Below, piece by piece: positions 21,871 through 33,557 of a stretch of 64,000 nucleotides of DNA (the stretch's first letter is position 1; each line of letters begins with the position of its first letter). The stretch covers positions 192,001 through 256,000 of the forward strand of contig CAWKBC010000030.1 in NCBI GenBank assembly GCA_963847705.1, given 5' to 3'. The translations under genes were made by a program, and so were the position numbers. The DNA comes from an uncultured Pseudomonadota bacterium (GTDB taxonomy: Bacteria; Myxococcota_A; Polyangia; Fen-1088). The notes under the pieces are model-generated. The model saw only the letters and a list, made by a program, of their open reading frames with translations, was not told the DNA's origin and did not search any database.

Positions 21871-23988
21871 CTACGGGATGTTGTCGTAGGTCCCGACCAC
21901 GGTGCCGCCGCCGTCCGTGCAGGTGATCTGACTGCCCGGGGTGGAGTCGCAGGTGCCGCTGCAGGCGATCGGCGGCGCCATCGTGCAAACCGCGATGATC
22001 GTGCCGTTGGTGCGGTACGAGGTAAACTTCCAGTTCTTCTGGCCCACGGAGCCCACCCGGTCCATGACCATGAAGCCAAACTCCTGCGAATAGGCGAAGG
22101 CGTTGATCACGGTGTTCGGCGCCGGCAGGTCGGCGTTGGGGTTGAAGTTCGCGGGGAGCGCGGAGTCCAGGTTGTCGCCGCCGTTGCCCGCCACGAAGGT
22201 GGCCGGATGGTTGCTGGAGAAGTTGAACGCCTGGAAGTCGTGCACGTGGCCGTGCATGGCGAGCCCGATGTTCGGCGGGTAGTAGTTGTTCGGGTAGGCG
22301 GCGTTCATGACCGACTGGAGCCCCGGGCTGCCGATGGTGGGCGGGTTGGCCGCGGTGTAGCCGAGCACCGGGTGGTGAACGGTCCAGATGTTGAGCAGGC
22401 TGGCCGGCGCAAGCGCGGCCGCCTCCGCCAGCTCGGTGGTGTAGGGCTGGAACGCCGCGGGCGAGTAGGCGCTCTTCGAGACGTTCGACGAGTCGAACAC
22501 GACGAACTGGGTATCCCCGAAGGAGACGGCCCAGGGGTCGTTGAAGTTGCCGCCCGTCGGGGTGGCGTCGAAGGCCGGATTGTCGCAGGTCTTGACGTCC
22601 GTGGTGTCGAACGGATTCGGGTCGAGGTACCGGAACCAGCCCTGGCCGGCGCGGTTGCAGACCTCGTGATTGCCCCGGACCATGACCCAGGGAGCCGCCG
22701 CCAGCAGCGGCGCCGCCGGCGCGAAGAAGTCCGCCGCCCAGGCGTCGGACCCGTAGCCCCAGGGTTGCCCGGCGCAGGCGGTGTTGCCGGGGGGGCAGGG
22801 ATTGTCGCGGTACTCGTAGTCACCGACGTGAAGGACGAGATCCGGCTGCATGCTGGCGGCCAGCGTCGAGATGGTGGGGAAGGGCCACTGCGTCGGATCG
22901 CCGCAGGCCTGGTAGACGTTTCCGATCGAGATGCGGCAGCCGGTGTCGCCGAGGATCACCACCCGGTTCACGACCGGCTTCGGCAGCGGCAGCTTGATCC
23001 CCGCCGCGGTGGCCGAGACCGCCCCCGCGGGGACGGAGAACTCGCAGGTGGTCGAGGTGAAGACGGAGGGCTTCGAGTTGCCAGAGGTCATCGCGGCGGC
23101 CAGGGTCGTGTCCGTGCTGGTCGGACGAAGCGGCAGCGTGACCGGCAGCGCGCGCACGCTCATGGCGCTGGTGACGCCGTCGACGGTGATCGCGGGGCAG
23201 GTGGTGTACGGCGTGATGAGTCGGGCGAGCGCCTGGTTGTTTGCCCCGATCTCGACCCAGGAGCTCTGGACGACGGCTGAATCGGGCGGGCAGGTGACCT
23301 GGAGGCTGAAGGTGGCGTTGCACCCGGCGTCCCCGTCGGAGACCGTCAGGGTCAGCGAGGCGGTGCCCGGCGCCGTGCAGGTCAGCGTCGGGTTCTGGGC
23401 GGTGGCGCTGCTCAGCGTGCCGGAGCTCGTGGTCCAGCTGTACGTGAGCGGCTGCGGGCCGTTGTCCTGATCGTCGGCCGTGCTCGAGATCGCGACGACG
23501 TTCCCCACCGGCGGGTTCGCGCTGACGGAGTCGACCCGCGGGCAGATGTTGATCGTGCCGTTCACCAGGACGCTCCCGGTCGTCGGGGCCAGGTGGCAGT
23601 CGATCGCCACCGACACGGCGGTCGTGGCGCCGGCGGCGATGTTGAACGGCGCCGAGGTGCCCGTGCAGCTGGTTTTCCCGTCGACCGACGTTCCAGTCAG
23701 CGCCAACACATAGCCCGTGCCCACCGCGATGTTGCCGATGACCGCGGAGACCGTCGATGAGCTGGCGACGTTGATCGACCCCGAATAGGAGCTGGGGCCG
23801 CTGATCGAATAGGCGAAGGTGTTCAAGCTGCTTCCCGGCGAGAGGACCAGCGCCACGGAGCCCGCGGCGTCCGTCGACCCGCCGCCGGAGCTGGCCGTCG
23901 TCGGGGCGCCGTTGCAGCCCATCAGCGTCGAGAGCCCGACGGTCAACATGAGATTCAACGCAAGGTTCGTTCGATCGAATTTCAGCAC
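21871..23988 (-). CDS. Exported calcineurin-like metallophosphoesterase with N-terminal Ig/PKD-like domains
   Basis: Lipobox LMGC; motifs GDTG, HVGDY, RGNHE, VHHP, GHVH; GGAGG RBS before GTG. Confidence 0.88.
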   Translation of the reverse strand: MLKFDRTNLALNLMLTVGLSTLMGCNGAPTTASSGGGSTDAAGSVALVLSPGSSLNTFAYSISGPSSYSGSINVASSSTVSAVIGNIAVGTGYVLALTGTSVDGKTSCTGTSAPFNIAAGATTAVSVAIDCHLAPTTGSVLVNGTINICPRVDSVSANPPVGNVVAISSTADDQDNGPQPLTYSWTTSSGTLSSATAQNPTLTCTAPGTASLTLTVSDGDAGCNATFSLQVTCPPDSAVVQSSWVEIGANNQALARLITPYTTCPAITVDGVTSAMSVRALPVTLPLRPTSTDTTLAAAMTSGNSKPSVFTSTTCEFSVPAGAVSATAAGIKLPLPKPVVNRVVILGDTGCRISIGNVYQACGDPTQWPFPTISTLAASMQPDLVLHVGDYEYRDNPCPPGNTACAGQPWGYGSDAWAADFFAPAAPLLAAAPWVMVRGNHEVCNRAGQGWFRYLDPNPFDTTDVKTCDNPAFDATPTGGNFNDPWAVSFGDTQFVVFDSSNVSKSAYSPAAFQPYTTELAEAAALAPASLLNIWTVHHPVLGYTAANPPTIGSPGLQSVMNAAYPNNYYPPNIGLAMHGHVHDFQAFNFSSNHPATFVAGNGGDNLDSALPANFNPNADLPAPNTVINAFAYSQEFGFMVMDRVGSVGQKNWKFTSYRTNGTIIAVCTMAPPIACSGTCDSTPGSQITCTDGGGTVVGTYDNIP

Positions 23989-24292
23989 GCGCGCCTCCGA
24001 GTCCTAAGGTTCAGCCAACAGGGGACGCCGGGCTGGCATTCAGGAGTCGTGCCACACACGCGGAGCGCGGAATGCTCGCTGATCGTCGAGGTTTTTCGTC
24101 TTTGTCCTGACGTCCCCTCGACCGAACTCTCCGAAAATCGAATGGGTCATTCCGATTTTCGGTCACCACCGATCGCCTCGCTGGACACTGGAGCGACGGC
24201 CAACGCGCCGCAGTGGCCGCCGGGCTCAGAACCGGCCGTCCGACGCGCCCCCTCCCGGAAAGCTCCGGTGAGGGCGCGCCGCACGGCTCATC

Positions 24293-25971
<1,679 letters not shown>

Positions 25972-25986
25972 GACGTCGGCGACGCC

Positions 25987-26739
25987 GTGACCAGGCTGTC
26001 CGTCAACGTCAACAAGATCGCCACGCTCCGCAACACGCGCTCCAACGCGATCCCCGATTTGTCGCAGCTCGCGGCGCTGGCCCTGGCCTGCGGCGCCAAC
26101 GGCATCACGGTGCACCCCCGCCCCGACGAGAGGCACATTCGGGCGGGCGACGTCCCCGAATTGGCGGCCCTCGTCGCCCGATATCCGGGCGCAGAATTCA
26201 ACATCGAGGGAAATCCATTCCACGGCCTGGTCGAGCACTGCGCCCGGTCACGGCCGTCTCAGGCCACGCTGGTGCCCGACGCACGCGAAGCCCTCACCAG
26301 CAACCACGGGTGGAATCTGGTCGAGATGCCGCGTGCGCAGCGGACCGCGCTGGCGACCTGCATCGCGCAGCTTCGCGCCCTCGGGTGCCGGGTGAGCCTG
26401 TTCGTCGATCCCGTTCCCCAGCTGATGCCGCTGGCCAGGGAGCTGGGCGCCGACCGCGTCGAGCTCTTCACCGAGCCGTACGCCACGCTGGCGGCCGACG
26501 GTCGTGTGGAGGAGGCGCTCTCGCCCTACGTCGCCGCGGCCGCCGCGGCCCGAAACCACGGCCTGGGCGTCAACGCGGGACACGACCTCAATCTGGAAAA
26601 TCTGGGCCCGTTCCTGGATGGAGCCCGGCCGATCGATGAGGTCTCCATCGGGCACGCGCTCATCGCCGATGCGCTGGTGTTCGGCCTGGGGGACGCGGTT
26701 CGCCGGTATCTGGCGATCTGCGCGAAGCCGCGTCCCTGA
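25987..26739 (+). CDS. pdxJ: Pyridoxine 5'-phosphate synthase
   Basis: LSVNVNKIATLRN, GITVHPRPDERHI, NIEG, NAGHDL, EVSIGHALI. Confidence 0.96.
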   Translation: MTRLSVNVNKIATLRNTRSNAIPDLSQLAALALACGANGITVHPRPDERHIRAGDVPELAALVARYPGAEFNIEGNPFHGLVEHCARSRPSQATLVPDAREALTSNHGWNLVEMPRAQRTALATCIAQLRALGCRVSLFVDPVPQLMPLARELGADRVELFTEPYATLAADGRVEEALSPYVAAAAAARNHGLGVNAGHDLNLENLGPFLDGARPIDEVSIGHALIADALVFGLGDAVRRYLAICAKPRP

Positions 26740-26742
26740 CCT

Positions 26743-27189
26743 TCAGGCCGCCAGACGAACCTGTGCCGGCGAAGCGTCGGCCGTCCTGTGGGGCAGCGGC
26801 GTCCGCAGGTGCAGCATCGGCGCGAAGACGCTCCGGTAGCTCCAGGCGAGGTACAGCTCCGCCGCCAGGAGGGCGAGCGGGATCGGCAACCCGGAGGGCT
26901 CGAGGAACAGGTGGAAGCCGACGATGTTGATGATGATCGGCGCCAGGACCGCGAGCGAAAGCGGGACCAGCAGGCCGCTCAGGAGCAGCAGGCCGGCGGC
27001 GACCTCGGTCGCCTTCAAGAGCGGGAACAGGTAGCCGCTGGCGAAGAGGGCGCCCGCGAAGGCGGCGGCGCGGGGCGGTGCCGGTGGCATCGGCAGGAAG
27101 TGCAGGAAGAAGTTCAACCCGAAGACGGTGAAGACCAGGCCCAGAAACAGACGCGCGGCGGTGGGGAGGTGCTTGCTGATGGTGTGCAT
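26743..27189 (-). CDS. DoxX family membrane protein
   Basis: ARLFLGLVF, GLNFF, SGYLFP..K..E, LAPIIINI..FH; divergent from a LysR gene. Confidence 0.85.
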   Translation of the reverse strand: MHTISKHLPTAARLFLGLVFTVFGLNFFLHFLPMPPAPPRAAAFAGALFASGYLFPLLKATEVAAGLLLLSGLLVPLSLAVLAPIIINIVGFHLFLEPSGLPIPLALLAAELYLAWSYRSVFAPMLHLRTPLPHRTADASPAQVRLAA

Positions 27190-27267
27190 GGCGATGTTCC
27201 TTTCGCTGCCCAGTGTGGTCGTTTCTCGCCGGACAACTAGCCATCAGTGTGACAACATGTCGTTGCT

Positions 27268-28344
27268 ATGACAGCAACGGATGGCCTCGATCTGAACCAG
27301 GTGACGGCGTTCGTGCGGGTGATGGAGAGCGGCAGCTTCACCGCTGCGGCCCGCGAGCTGGGGCTGCCAAAGTCTTCGGTCAGCCGCCGGGTGAGCGCGC
27401 TCGGGACGGCGCTGCGGGTGCGGCTGCTCCAGCGCAGCACGCGCCAGCTGGTGCTGACGGAGGCCGGGCGCCTCTACTTCGAGCGCGCGCGGGCGGCTCT
27501 CCGTGGGCTGGCGGAGGCCAACGTCGCGGTGACCGACCTCAGCCACGAGATCGCCGGTCCGATCCGCTTCACCGCCGGCGGCGACAACACCGGCCTCATC
27601 GCCAACCTGCTCGCCGAGTTCCTCACCCGCCACCCGAAGATCCAGATCGACGTGGTGCTGACCCCGCGTCGGGTCGACCTGGTCGCGGAGGGGTTCGATC
27701 TGGCGCTGCGCGCCGGGCCGCTGGTCGATTCGGCGCTGATCGCGCGGCGCCTCGGGCGGACCGAGCTGGGGCTGTTCGCCTCGCCGGCCTACCTGCGCAA
27801 GGCGGGCCGACCCAAGACCGTCGCCGATCTGGCCAAGCACCGTTTCGTGCTCTTCGGCCCGCCGCACGAGCGCGAGCAGCTTCGCCTCACCGGTCCCGAC
27901 GGCGAGGAGAGCGTGAAGGTGCAGGGGCCCCTGGTGGTGCACGACATGTCGTTCGCGGTCGACGCGATCAGCACCGGCCTCGGCATCGGCCTGGTCCCCG
28001 ACATGTACCTCGGGTGGCTGGTCAAAGGCGGCATGCGATCGGGAGGGCGCGATCTGGTGCGCGTGCTCCCCGATCACGGCGTGGTCGGCTCGGAGCTGAG
28101 CCTGGTGTCGCCCAGCACCGCCTACGAGCCGACGCGCGTCGGCTTGCTGCGCGACTTTCTCGCCGAGCGGCTCCGCCCGATGATCCAGGCCTGCACGCTG
28201 GCGCTGGAGGCGGAGAAGGCCGCCCGGCGAAAGGCCGAAGCGCGGGCGAGCAAACAAGCGACTGAACGGGCCGCCAAACGCGGGGCGCCCAGGACCTCGC
28301 GCGCAGCCGGACCGCGACCCGCTCAGGCCTTGGCCACCACCTGA
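27268..28344 (+). CDS. LysR family regulator (CrgA-like)
   Basis: GSFTAAARELG...SVSRRV, LLQRSTR, RVDLVAEGFDLALR. Confidence 0.95.
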   Translation: MTATDGLDLNQVTAFVRVMESGSFTAAARELGLPKSSVSRRVSALGTALRVRLLQRSTRQLVLTEAGRLYFERARAALRGLAEANVAVTDLSHEIAGPIRFTAGGDNTGLIANLLAEFLTRHPKIQIDVVLTPRRVDLVAEGFDLALRAGPLVDSALIARRLGRTELGLFASPAYLRKAGRPKTVADLAKHRFVLFGPPHEREQLRLTGPDGEESVKVQGPLVVHDMSFAVDAISTGLGIGLVPDMYLGWLVKGGMRSGGRDLVRVLPDHGVVGSELSLVSPSTAYEPTRVGLLRDFLAERLRPMIQACTLALEAEKAARRKAEARASKQATERAAKRGAPRTSRAAGPRPAQALATT

Positions 28345-30572
28345 AGCGTCCGGCGCACGACGCCTTCGAAGACCTCCAGCTGCGCGCCGCGCGGCGGCTC
28401 GCCCGCCTGGGGGACGCGGCGGGTGTAGACGCCGTCCGCGTTCATGTCGAAGGCGAAGGCGTTGTCCACCGTCGCCGGCCCGAGGACCTCCTGCCGGATC
28501 TGCTCGCGCAGCGCCGGGGACTCGACCGGGAACATGATCTCGACGCGGCGGTGCAGGTTGCGCGGCATCCAGTCGGCCGACGAGAGGAAGAACTCCTCTT
28601 CGCCGGGAGGCCCGAACACCAGCACCCGCTCGTGCTCGAGGAAGCGCCCCAGGATCGACATCACCCGGATGTTGTCCGAAACGCCGGGGATGCCCGGGCG
28701 CAGGCAGCAGACGCCGCGCACGCACAGCGTGATCGGCACGCCGGCCTGCGAGGCGCGGTAGAGCGCCTGGATGACCGGCACGTCGACGAGCGCGTTCAGC
28801 TTGGCGAAGATGGCGGCCGGCTTGCCGGCGCTGGCCCGTTCGGTCTGGGCTTCGATCTTGGCGAGGATCGCGTCGGACAGCGCGGTCGGCGCCACGGCCA
28901 GCTTGCGGTGGCGCGCCTTCTTGGAAAACCCGGAGAGCCCGTTGAAGAACTCCGACAGGTCCTCGCCGAACTCCGGATCGCAGGTGAAGAGGCCGAGGTC
29001 GGTGTAGAGCCGCGAGGTCGACTCGTTGTAGTTGCCGGTCCCCAGGTGGACGTAGCGGCGCAGCCCCTCGCCTTCGCGCCGCACCACCAGCGCCGCCTTG
29101 GCGTGCGTCTTCAGCTCGGCGTGACCGAACCAGACGTGCGCGCCCGCCCGCTCCAGCGCGCGGGCCCAGGCGATGTTGTTCTCCTCGTCGAAGCGCGCCT
29201 TGATCTCCACCGACACGGCGACCTGCTTGTGGTTCTCGGCGGCGCGGATGAGGAGGCGCACCACCTCGGCGTGGGAGCCGGTCCGGTAGAGCGTCATCTT
29301 GATCGCCAGCACGTCGGGATCCTCGGCCGCCTGGCGCAGGAACGACAGCACCGGCCCGAACGAGTCGTAGGGGTGATGCAACAAGAGGTCGCCCTTGCGG
29401 ATGAGGGCGAACATGTCGGCCTTCTCGCCGAGCTCGCCGGGGAGGCGAGCGACGAACGGCGGATCGCGCAGATCGCCCCGGGCCAGGCCGGTGATCGACA
29501 TGAGCGCCCGCAGCCCGAGCGGCCCGGTCGCCGTGTAGACGTCGTCCTCGTCGATCGAGAGCTTCTCCATCAGCAGCTTGCGCACCCGATCGGGGATCCC
29601 GGCGGCGACCTCCAGCCGCACGCAGGCGCCGAAGCGCCGGCGCCGGATCTCCCGGTCGACGATCGACAGCAGATCGTGCGCCTCGTCCTCGAGGATGTCG
29701 TAGTCCATGTCGCGGGTGACGCGAAACGGATAGGTCCCCAGGATCTCCATCCCCGGGAAGAGCTCGTCGAGGTTGGCGGCCAGGAGCTGCTCGAGCGGCA
29801 GGAAGTCGTGCGCGCCGTCGGCGGCCGCGGCGGCCGAGCGGCCGGCGTCGAAGTTCTCGAAGGGGACGAAGCGGGGAAGGATCTCGGGGACCTTGATGCG
29901 CGCGAACTTCCGTTCCTTGGTCTCCGGGTCGCGCGCCTCGACCGCCAGCGACAGCGAGAGGTTGGAGAGGAAGGGGAAGGGGTGCCCGGGGTCGACCGCC
30001 AGCGGCGTCACCACCGGAAACACCGAGCGGCGGAAGTACTTGCGCGCCTGCTTCTTGGTCTCGGCGTCGAGCGCGCTCCAGTCGTGGATCCGGATCCCGC
30101 GCCCGGCCAGCGCCGGGAGGAGATCCTCGGCCAGCAGCGTCGCCGCGGTCTCCAGCTGACCGCGGATGATCTGGCCGATGCGGGCCAGCTGCTCCCGCGC
30201 CGAGAGGCCGTCGGGGCTGGCCTCGACCAGGGCGGCTGCCTCGAGCTGCTCGTGCAGCCCCGAGACGCGGATCATGAAAAATTCGTCCAGGTTCGAGGAG
30301 TAGATGGCCAGGAACTTCAGCCGCTCGAGCAGCGGCCAGCGGACGTCGAGCGCCTGGTCCAGCACCCGGGCGTTGAAGGCCAGCCAGGAGGTCTCGCGGT
30401 TGATGTAGAGCGCCGGGCTGGCCAGATCGGCGGCAGATGACTCCGCGAGCGCGACCACCGACCCGCCGTCGTCCTTCGCTTTGCCTTTGGCCTCGGCCTT
30501 GGCGTCGATCTTGGCGTCGATGATGGCCTCTTCTCTCGCGTCGTCTTTGGTCTTGGCTTGAGCTGGTTGCAT
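28323..30572 (-). CDS. ppk1: Polyphosphate kinase 1
   Basis: NRETSWLAFN, NLDEFFMIRV, HHPYDSF, KARFDEENN, KTHAK, SADWMPRNL. Confidence 0.97.
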   Translation of the reverse strand: MQPAQAKTKDDAREEAIIDAKIDAKAEAKGKAKDDGGSVVALAESSAADLASPALYINRETSWLAFNARVLDQALDVRWPLLERLKFLAIYSSNLDEFFMIRVSGLHEQLEAAALVEASPDGLSAREQLARIGQIIRGQLETAATLLAEDLLPALAGRGIRIHDWSALDAETKKQARKYFRRSVFPVVTPLAVDPGHPFPFLSNLSLSLAVEARDPETKERKFARIKVPEILPRFVPFENFDAGRSAAAAADGAHDFLPLEQLLAANLDELFPGMEILGTYPFRVTRDMDYDILEDEAHDLLSIVDREIRRRRFGACVRLEVAAGIPDRVRKLLMEKLSIDEDDVYTATGPLGLRALMSITGLARGDLRDPPFVARLPGELGEKADMFALIRKGDLLLHHPYDSFGPVLSFLRQAAEDPDVLAIKMTLYRTGSHAEVVRLLIRAAENHKQVAVSVEIKARFDEENNIAWARALERAGAHVWFGHAELKTHAKAALVVRREGEGLRRYVHLGTGNYNESTSRLYTDLGLFTCDPEFGEDLSEFFNGLSGFSKKARHRKLAVAPTALSDAILAKIEAQTERASAGKPAAIFAKLNALVDVPVIQALYRASQAGVPITLCVRGVCCLRPGIPGVSDNIRVMSILGRFLEHERVLVFGPPGEEEFFLSSADWMPRNLHRRVEIMFPVESPALREQIRQEVLGPATVDNAFAFDMNADGVYTRRVPQAGEPPRGAQLEVFEGVVRRTLQVVAKA

Positions 30573-30736
30573 GATCGCCTCGGGGCTGGCGAGCCTACGC
30601 CCAGTGGATCCCCATCATGTCTCAATCACGTGACATTTGAGGGGTCTTCACCGGCCATGCGGCTTGCCGGAGCGCAGCCGATCGCCTACCGTTCATGGAA
30701 AGCTGGAACGCTGGAACCGCCGAGGTGACCCGACCG

Positions 30737-31213
30737 ATGTCGCTGCACGAACTTACCGCCGAGACAATCGACCACAAACCTCAGCCGCTCCAGGACTACA
30801 AAGGACAGGTCCTGCTGGTGGTGAATACGGCCTCCGAGTGTGGCGCAACGCCCCAGTACGCCGGCCTCGAGAAGCTCTGGCAGGAATACAAGGGACGCGG
30901 CCTGGCGGTCCTGGGGTTCCCCTCCAACGATTTCGGCAGGCAGGAGCCGGGCACGGAGGCGGAGATCAAGACCTTCTGCAGCGCCAACTACAAGGTGACC
31001 TTCCCGCTCTACGCCAAGGTCGGAACCAAGGGGGCCGGACAGTCGCCGGTCTACAAGTTCCTGACCGCCAAGCATGGCGAGCCGAAGTGGAACTTTCACA
31101 AGTATCTGGTCGGCAAGAACGGCGAAGTGATCCGCGCCTTCGCCACCAGCGTCGAGCCCAACGACGCTGAGCTGCGCGGGGCCATCGAGGCGGCGCTGGC
31201 CGCCCCGGCTTAA
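30737..31213 (+). CDS. Glutathione peroxidase (Cys type)
   Basis: VVNTASECG, LGFPSNDF, PKWNFHKYL; ATG at 30737. Confidence 0.95.
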   Translation: MSLHELTAETIDHKPQPLQDYKGQVLLVVNTASECGATPQYAGLEKLWQEYKGRGLAVLGFPSNDFGRQEPGTEAEIKTFCSANYKVTFPLYAKVGTKGAGQSPVYKFLTAKHGEPKWNFHKYLVGKNGEVIRAFATSVEPNDAELRGAIEAALAAPA

Positions 31214-31224
31214 CTGACCTAAGG

Positions 31225-33423
31225 GTGAAACACATGCAGGCAGTGGCCAGGAACGGGGCCGCCCTGTTGGGGCTGGCCCTCGTCGGAATGATCTCGATCG
31301 GGTGCAGCAGCGGCGCAGCCACGCATCTCGACGGGGGGAGCGGCGGTGGTGGCGGCAGCGCCGGAATGGGCGGCAGCGGAGGCGCGCCGGTGACGGTGAC
31401 CCCGGTCACCATCCAGGCGGCGACCGCCACGCGCACGCCGCGCACCACCACCTGGTCGGTGAACTACTGGACCTGGACGCCGAGCTTCGGCAACGACCTG
31501 CCGGGGACGGAGGCGCTGGTCGCGGCGATCACGCCGGCCTATTTGCGCGTCGGTGGGTACAACAACGACGCCAACACGCCCGACACCTTCGACGACGCGC
31601 AGCTCGACGCGATGGTCACCTATGCGCGCGCCATCGGCGCCGAGCCGATCCTCCAGGTGCCGCACCTGGCCGCCGACTCCACCGGCACGCCGGCGACCGC
31701 CGCCAACGCCGCCGCGATGGTGCAATACGCCAACGTCACCAAGGGCTACGGCATCAAGTACTTCTCGATCGGCAACGAGCCCGACCTCTACGACTCGGCC
31801 GGGTTGCCGTCCGACTCGACGATGCCGGCGATCCCCAACTACACCACCGACCAGTACTGCGCCTCGGTGACTGAGTACGTCACCGCGATGAAGGCCGTCG
31901 ATCCCACCATCAAGATCGTCGGGCCCGACCTGGCCTACAAGTACCAGGCTGGCAGCGCCGCCAATGACTGGCTGACGCCGATCCTCCAGACGTGCGGCGC
32001 CGAGTTCGACGTCATCTCGATCCACCGCTATCCGTTCGAGGCGAAGATGGCGACGCTGCCCGCCGCCGAGAACGACGCCCGCACCAGCTTCCGTCAGGCG
32101 ATGACGTCGGTGCAGGGGATCCTGCAGGCGACGGGGCAGGGGGCGAAGCCGCTCGCGCTCACCGAGATGAACGTCGCCTACGACAACACCGGCTGCGTCC
32201 TCGAGGCGACGCCCGGGACGGTCGGTTCGGCGCTCTGGATGGCCGACGTCCTCGGCGCCGCCATCGAGCTCAACCTCTGGACCTCGGCGGTCTGGGACAT
32301 CAGCGACGACGACGACTATTCGCTGGGGCTCATCGGCCTGCCGCCGGGGCACGTGCCCCGTCCCGAGTACTACGCCTATGCGCTCTACGCCAGCCACTTC
32401 GGGCCGACCGTGCTGCCGGCGCCGACGGGGTTGCCGGCCGGCGTCTCCGCCTACGCCAGCCGCGATCAGGCCGACGACGCGACCGAGGTCATCGTGGTCA
32501 ACTGGAACGAGACGCCGGTGGCGCTGAGCTTCCAGATCTCCGGGCTGGCCTCGGCGCCCGCAGCGCCGACCTATCTGGTGCCGGCGGTGGCGATGGCGGC
32601 GGTCGAGGTCAAGGACAGCGGCAGCGCGACGGCTTGGCTCTACGGCGACGCCGAGCGGCGCGCGTCGGTCGGCCCGCAGGTCATCGCCGCGGGGACCGCG
32701 CCCGCTGCGGGCGTCGACGGCGGCGCGGGGAGCGCCCCGGCGGGACGGACGGTCGGGACCAACTGCCCGACCACCACCGACGGCGGCGCGGTTTGCCCGG
32801 CGTTCGCCGCCACCAGTCCGGTCATCACCAGCAATGGGATGAACCACACGACGGCGCCGCTCTTCACCTTCGGCTCCGGTCAGGACGCCTGGGGCTCGTA
32901 CAGCTACGCGGCGACCGGGCAGACCGCGCCGGCGGCGATGGCCACCAGCGACGGGAACGGTATCCAGGTGAGCGGCGGCTTCGTCCCGCCGGTCACCTCG
33001 AGCAACAACTACATGGGGGTCGGGCTCTACTACGACAGCACCAGCTGCCTCGACGCCACGGCCTACACCGGGGTCCAGTTCGACTTCTCGGGGTCGCTGG
33101 GCGGCTGCGCCATCCAGCTCGGCGCGTCGTTCAGCGGTGACGCCTCCAGCCAGGGCAATCCCGGGCGGGGCACCTGCGCGGGGACCAGCTCCACCTGCTA
33201 CGGCTCCTCCTACGACGTGACGACCGCGGCGCTGGCGGCCACGCCGTCGTCGCCCACCATCCAGGTGCCGTTCACCGTCCTCGGCGGCGGGATGCCGATC
33301 TCGTCGATCGATCCGCACACGCTGCTGACCGTCCAGTGGCAGCTCTCGTCACCCGCCGGCGCGACCGACGGTGGCGCCTGCTCGGCCAATTTCACCGTCG
33401 AGAACGTGAGGTTCTACAAGTAA
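31225..33423 (+). CDS. Secreted clan GH-A glycoside hydrolase lipoprotein with C-terminal CBM11-like domain
   Basis: Lipobox SIGC; IGNEP acid/base and LTE nucleophile; C-terminal 'LDATAYTGVQF' CBM-like region; family (GH44/51/79-like) unresolved. Confidence 0.75.
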   Translation: MKHMQAVARNGAALLGLALVGMISIGCSSGAATHLDGGSGGGGGSAGMGGSGGAPVTVTPVTIQAATATRTPRTTTWSVNYWTWTPSFGNDLPGTEALVAAITPAYLRVGGYNNDANTPDTFDDAQLDAMVTYARAIGAEPILQVPHLAADSTGTPATAANAAAMVQYANVTKGYGIKYFSIGNEPDLYDSAGLPSDSTMPAIPNYTTDQYCASVTEYVTAMKAVDPTIKIVGPDLAYKYQAGSAANDWLTPILQTCGAEFDVISIHRYPFEAKMATLPAAENDARTSFRQAMTSVQGILQATGQGAKPLALTEMNVAYDNTGCVLEATPGTVGSALWMADVLGAAIELNLWTSAVWDISDDDDYSLGLIGLPPGHVPRPEYYAYALYASHFGPTVLPAPTGLPAGVSAYASRDQADDATEVIVVNWNETPVALSFQISGLASAPAAPTYLVPAVAMAAVEVKDSGSATAWLYGDAERRASVGPQVIAAGTAPAAGVDGGAGSAPAGRTVGTNCPTTTDGGAVCPAFAATSPVITSNGMNHTTAPLFTFGSGQDAWGSYSYAATGQTAPAAMATSDGNGIQVSGGFVPPVTSSNNYMGVGLYYDSTSCLDATAYTGVQFDFSGSLGGCAIQLGASFSGDASSQGNPGRGTCAGTSSTCYGSSYDVTTAALAATPSSPTIQVPFTVLGGGMPISSIDPHTLLTVQWQLSSPAGATDGGACSANFTVENVRFYK

Positions 33424-33445
33424 AGGACCCTCGGAGGGTGCTTTA
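33421..33445 (+). terminator. Stem-loop directly after the GH gene (terminator or stabiliser)
   Basis: TAAAG-G-ACCCT-CGG-AGGGT-G-CTTTA. Confidence 0.4.
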
Positions 33446-33557
33446 GATCCCCCGCGGGCAAGCATCGCCGGGCCGAGCCCCTCGACGCTCACGCGACGAC
33501 CAAGGCGCCTTCGGGCGACAGGTGATCATTAGTCCCGGGACCGGGAATTCTGCTGGG

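Noticed and set aside
21766-21873. Phosphoesterase TAG is in frame with the diheme gene, suggesting readthrough fusion
   Set aside because: One-in-three chance; the spacer has non-coding-like codons and the downstream protein has its own signal peptide.
30826-30850. Selenocysteine in the glutathione peroxidase
   Set aside because: The active-site codon is TGT (Cys).
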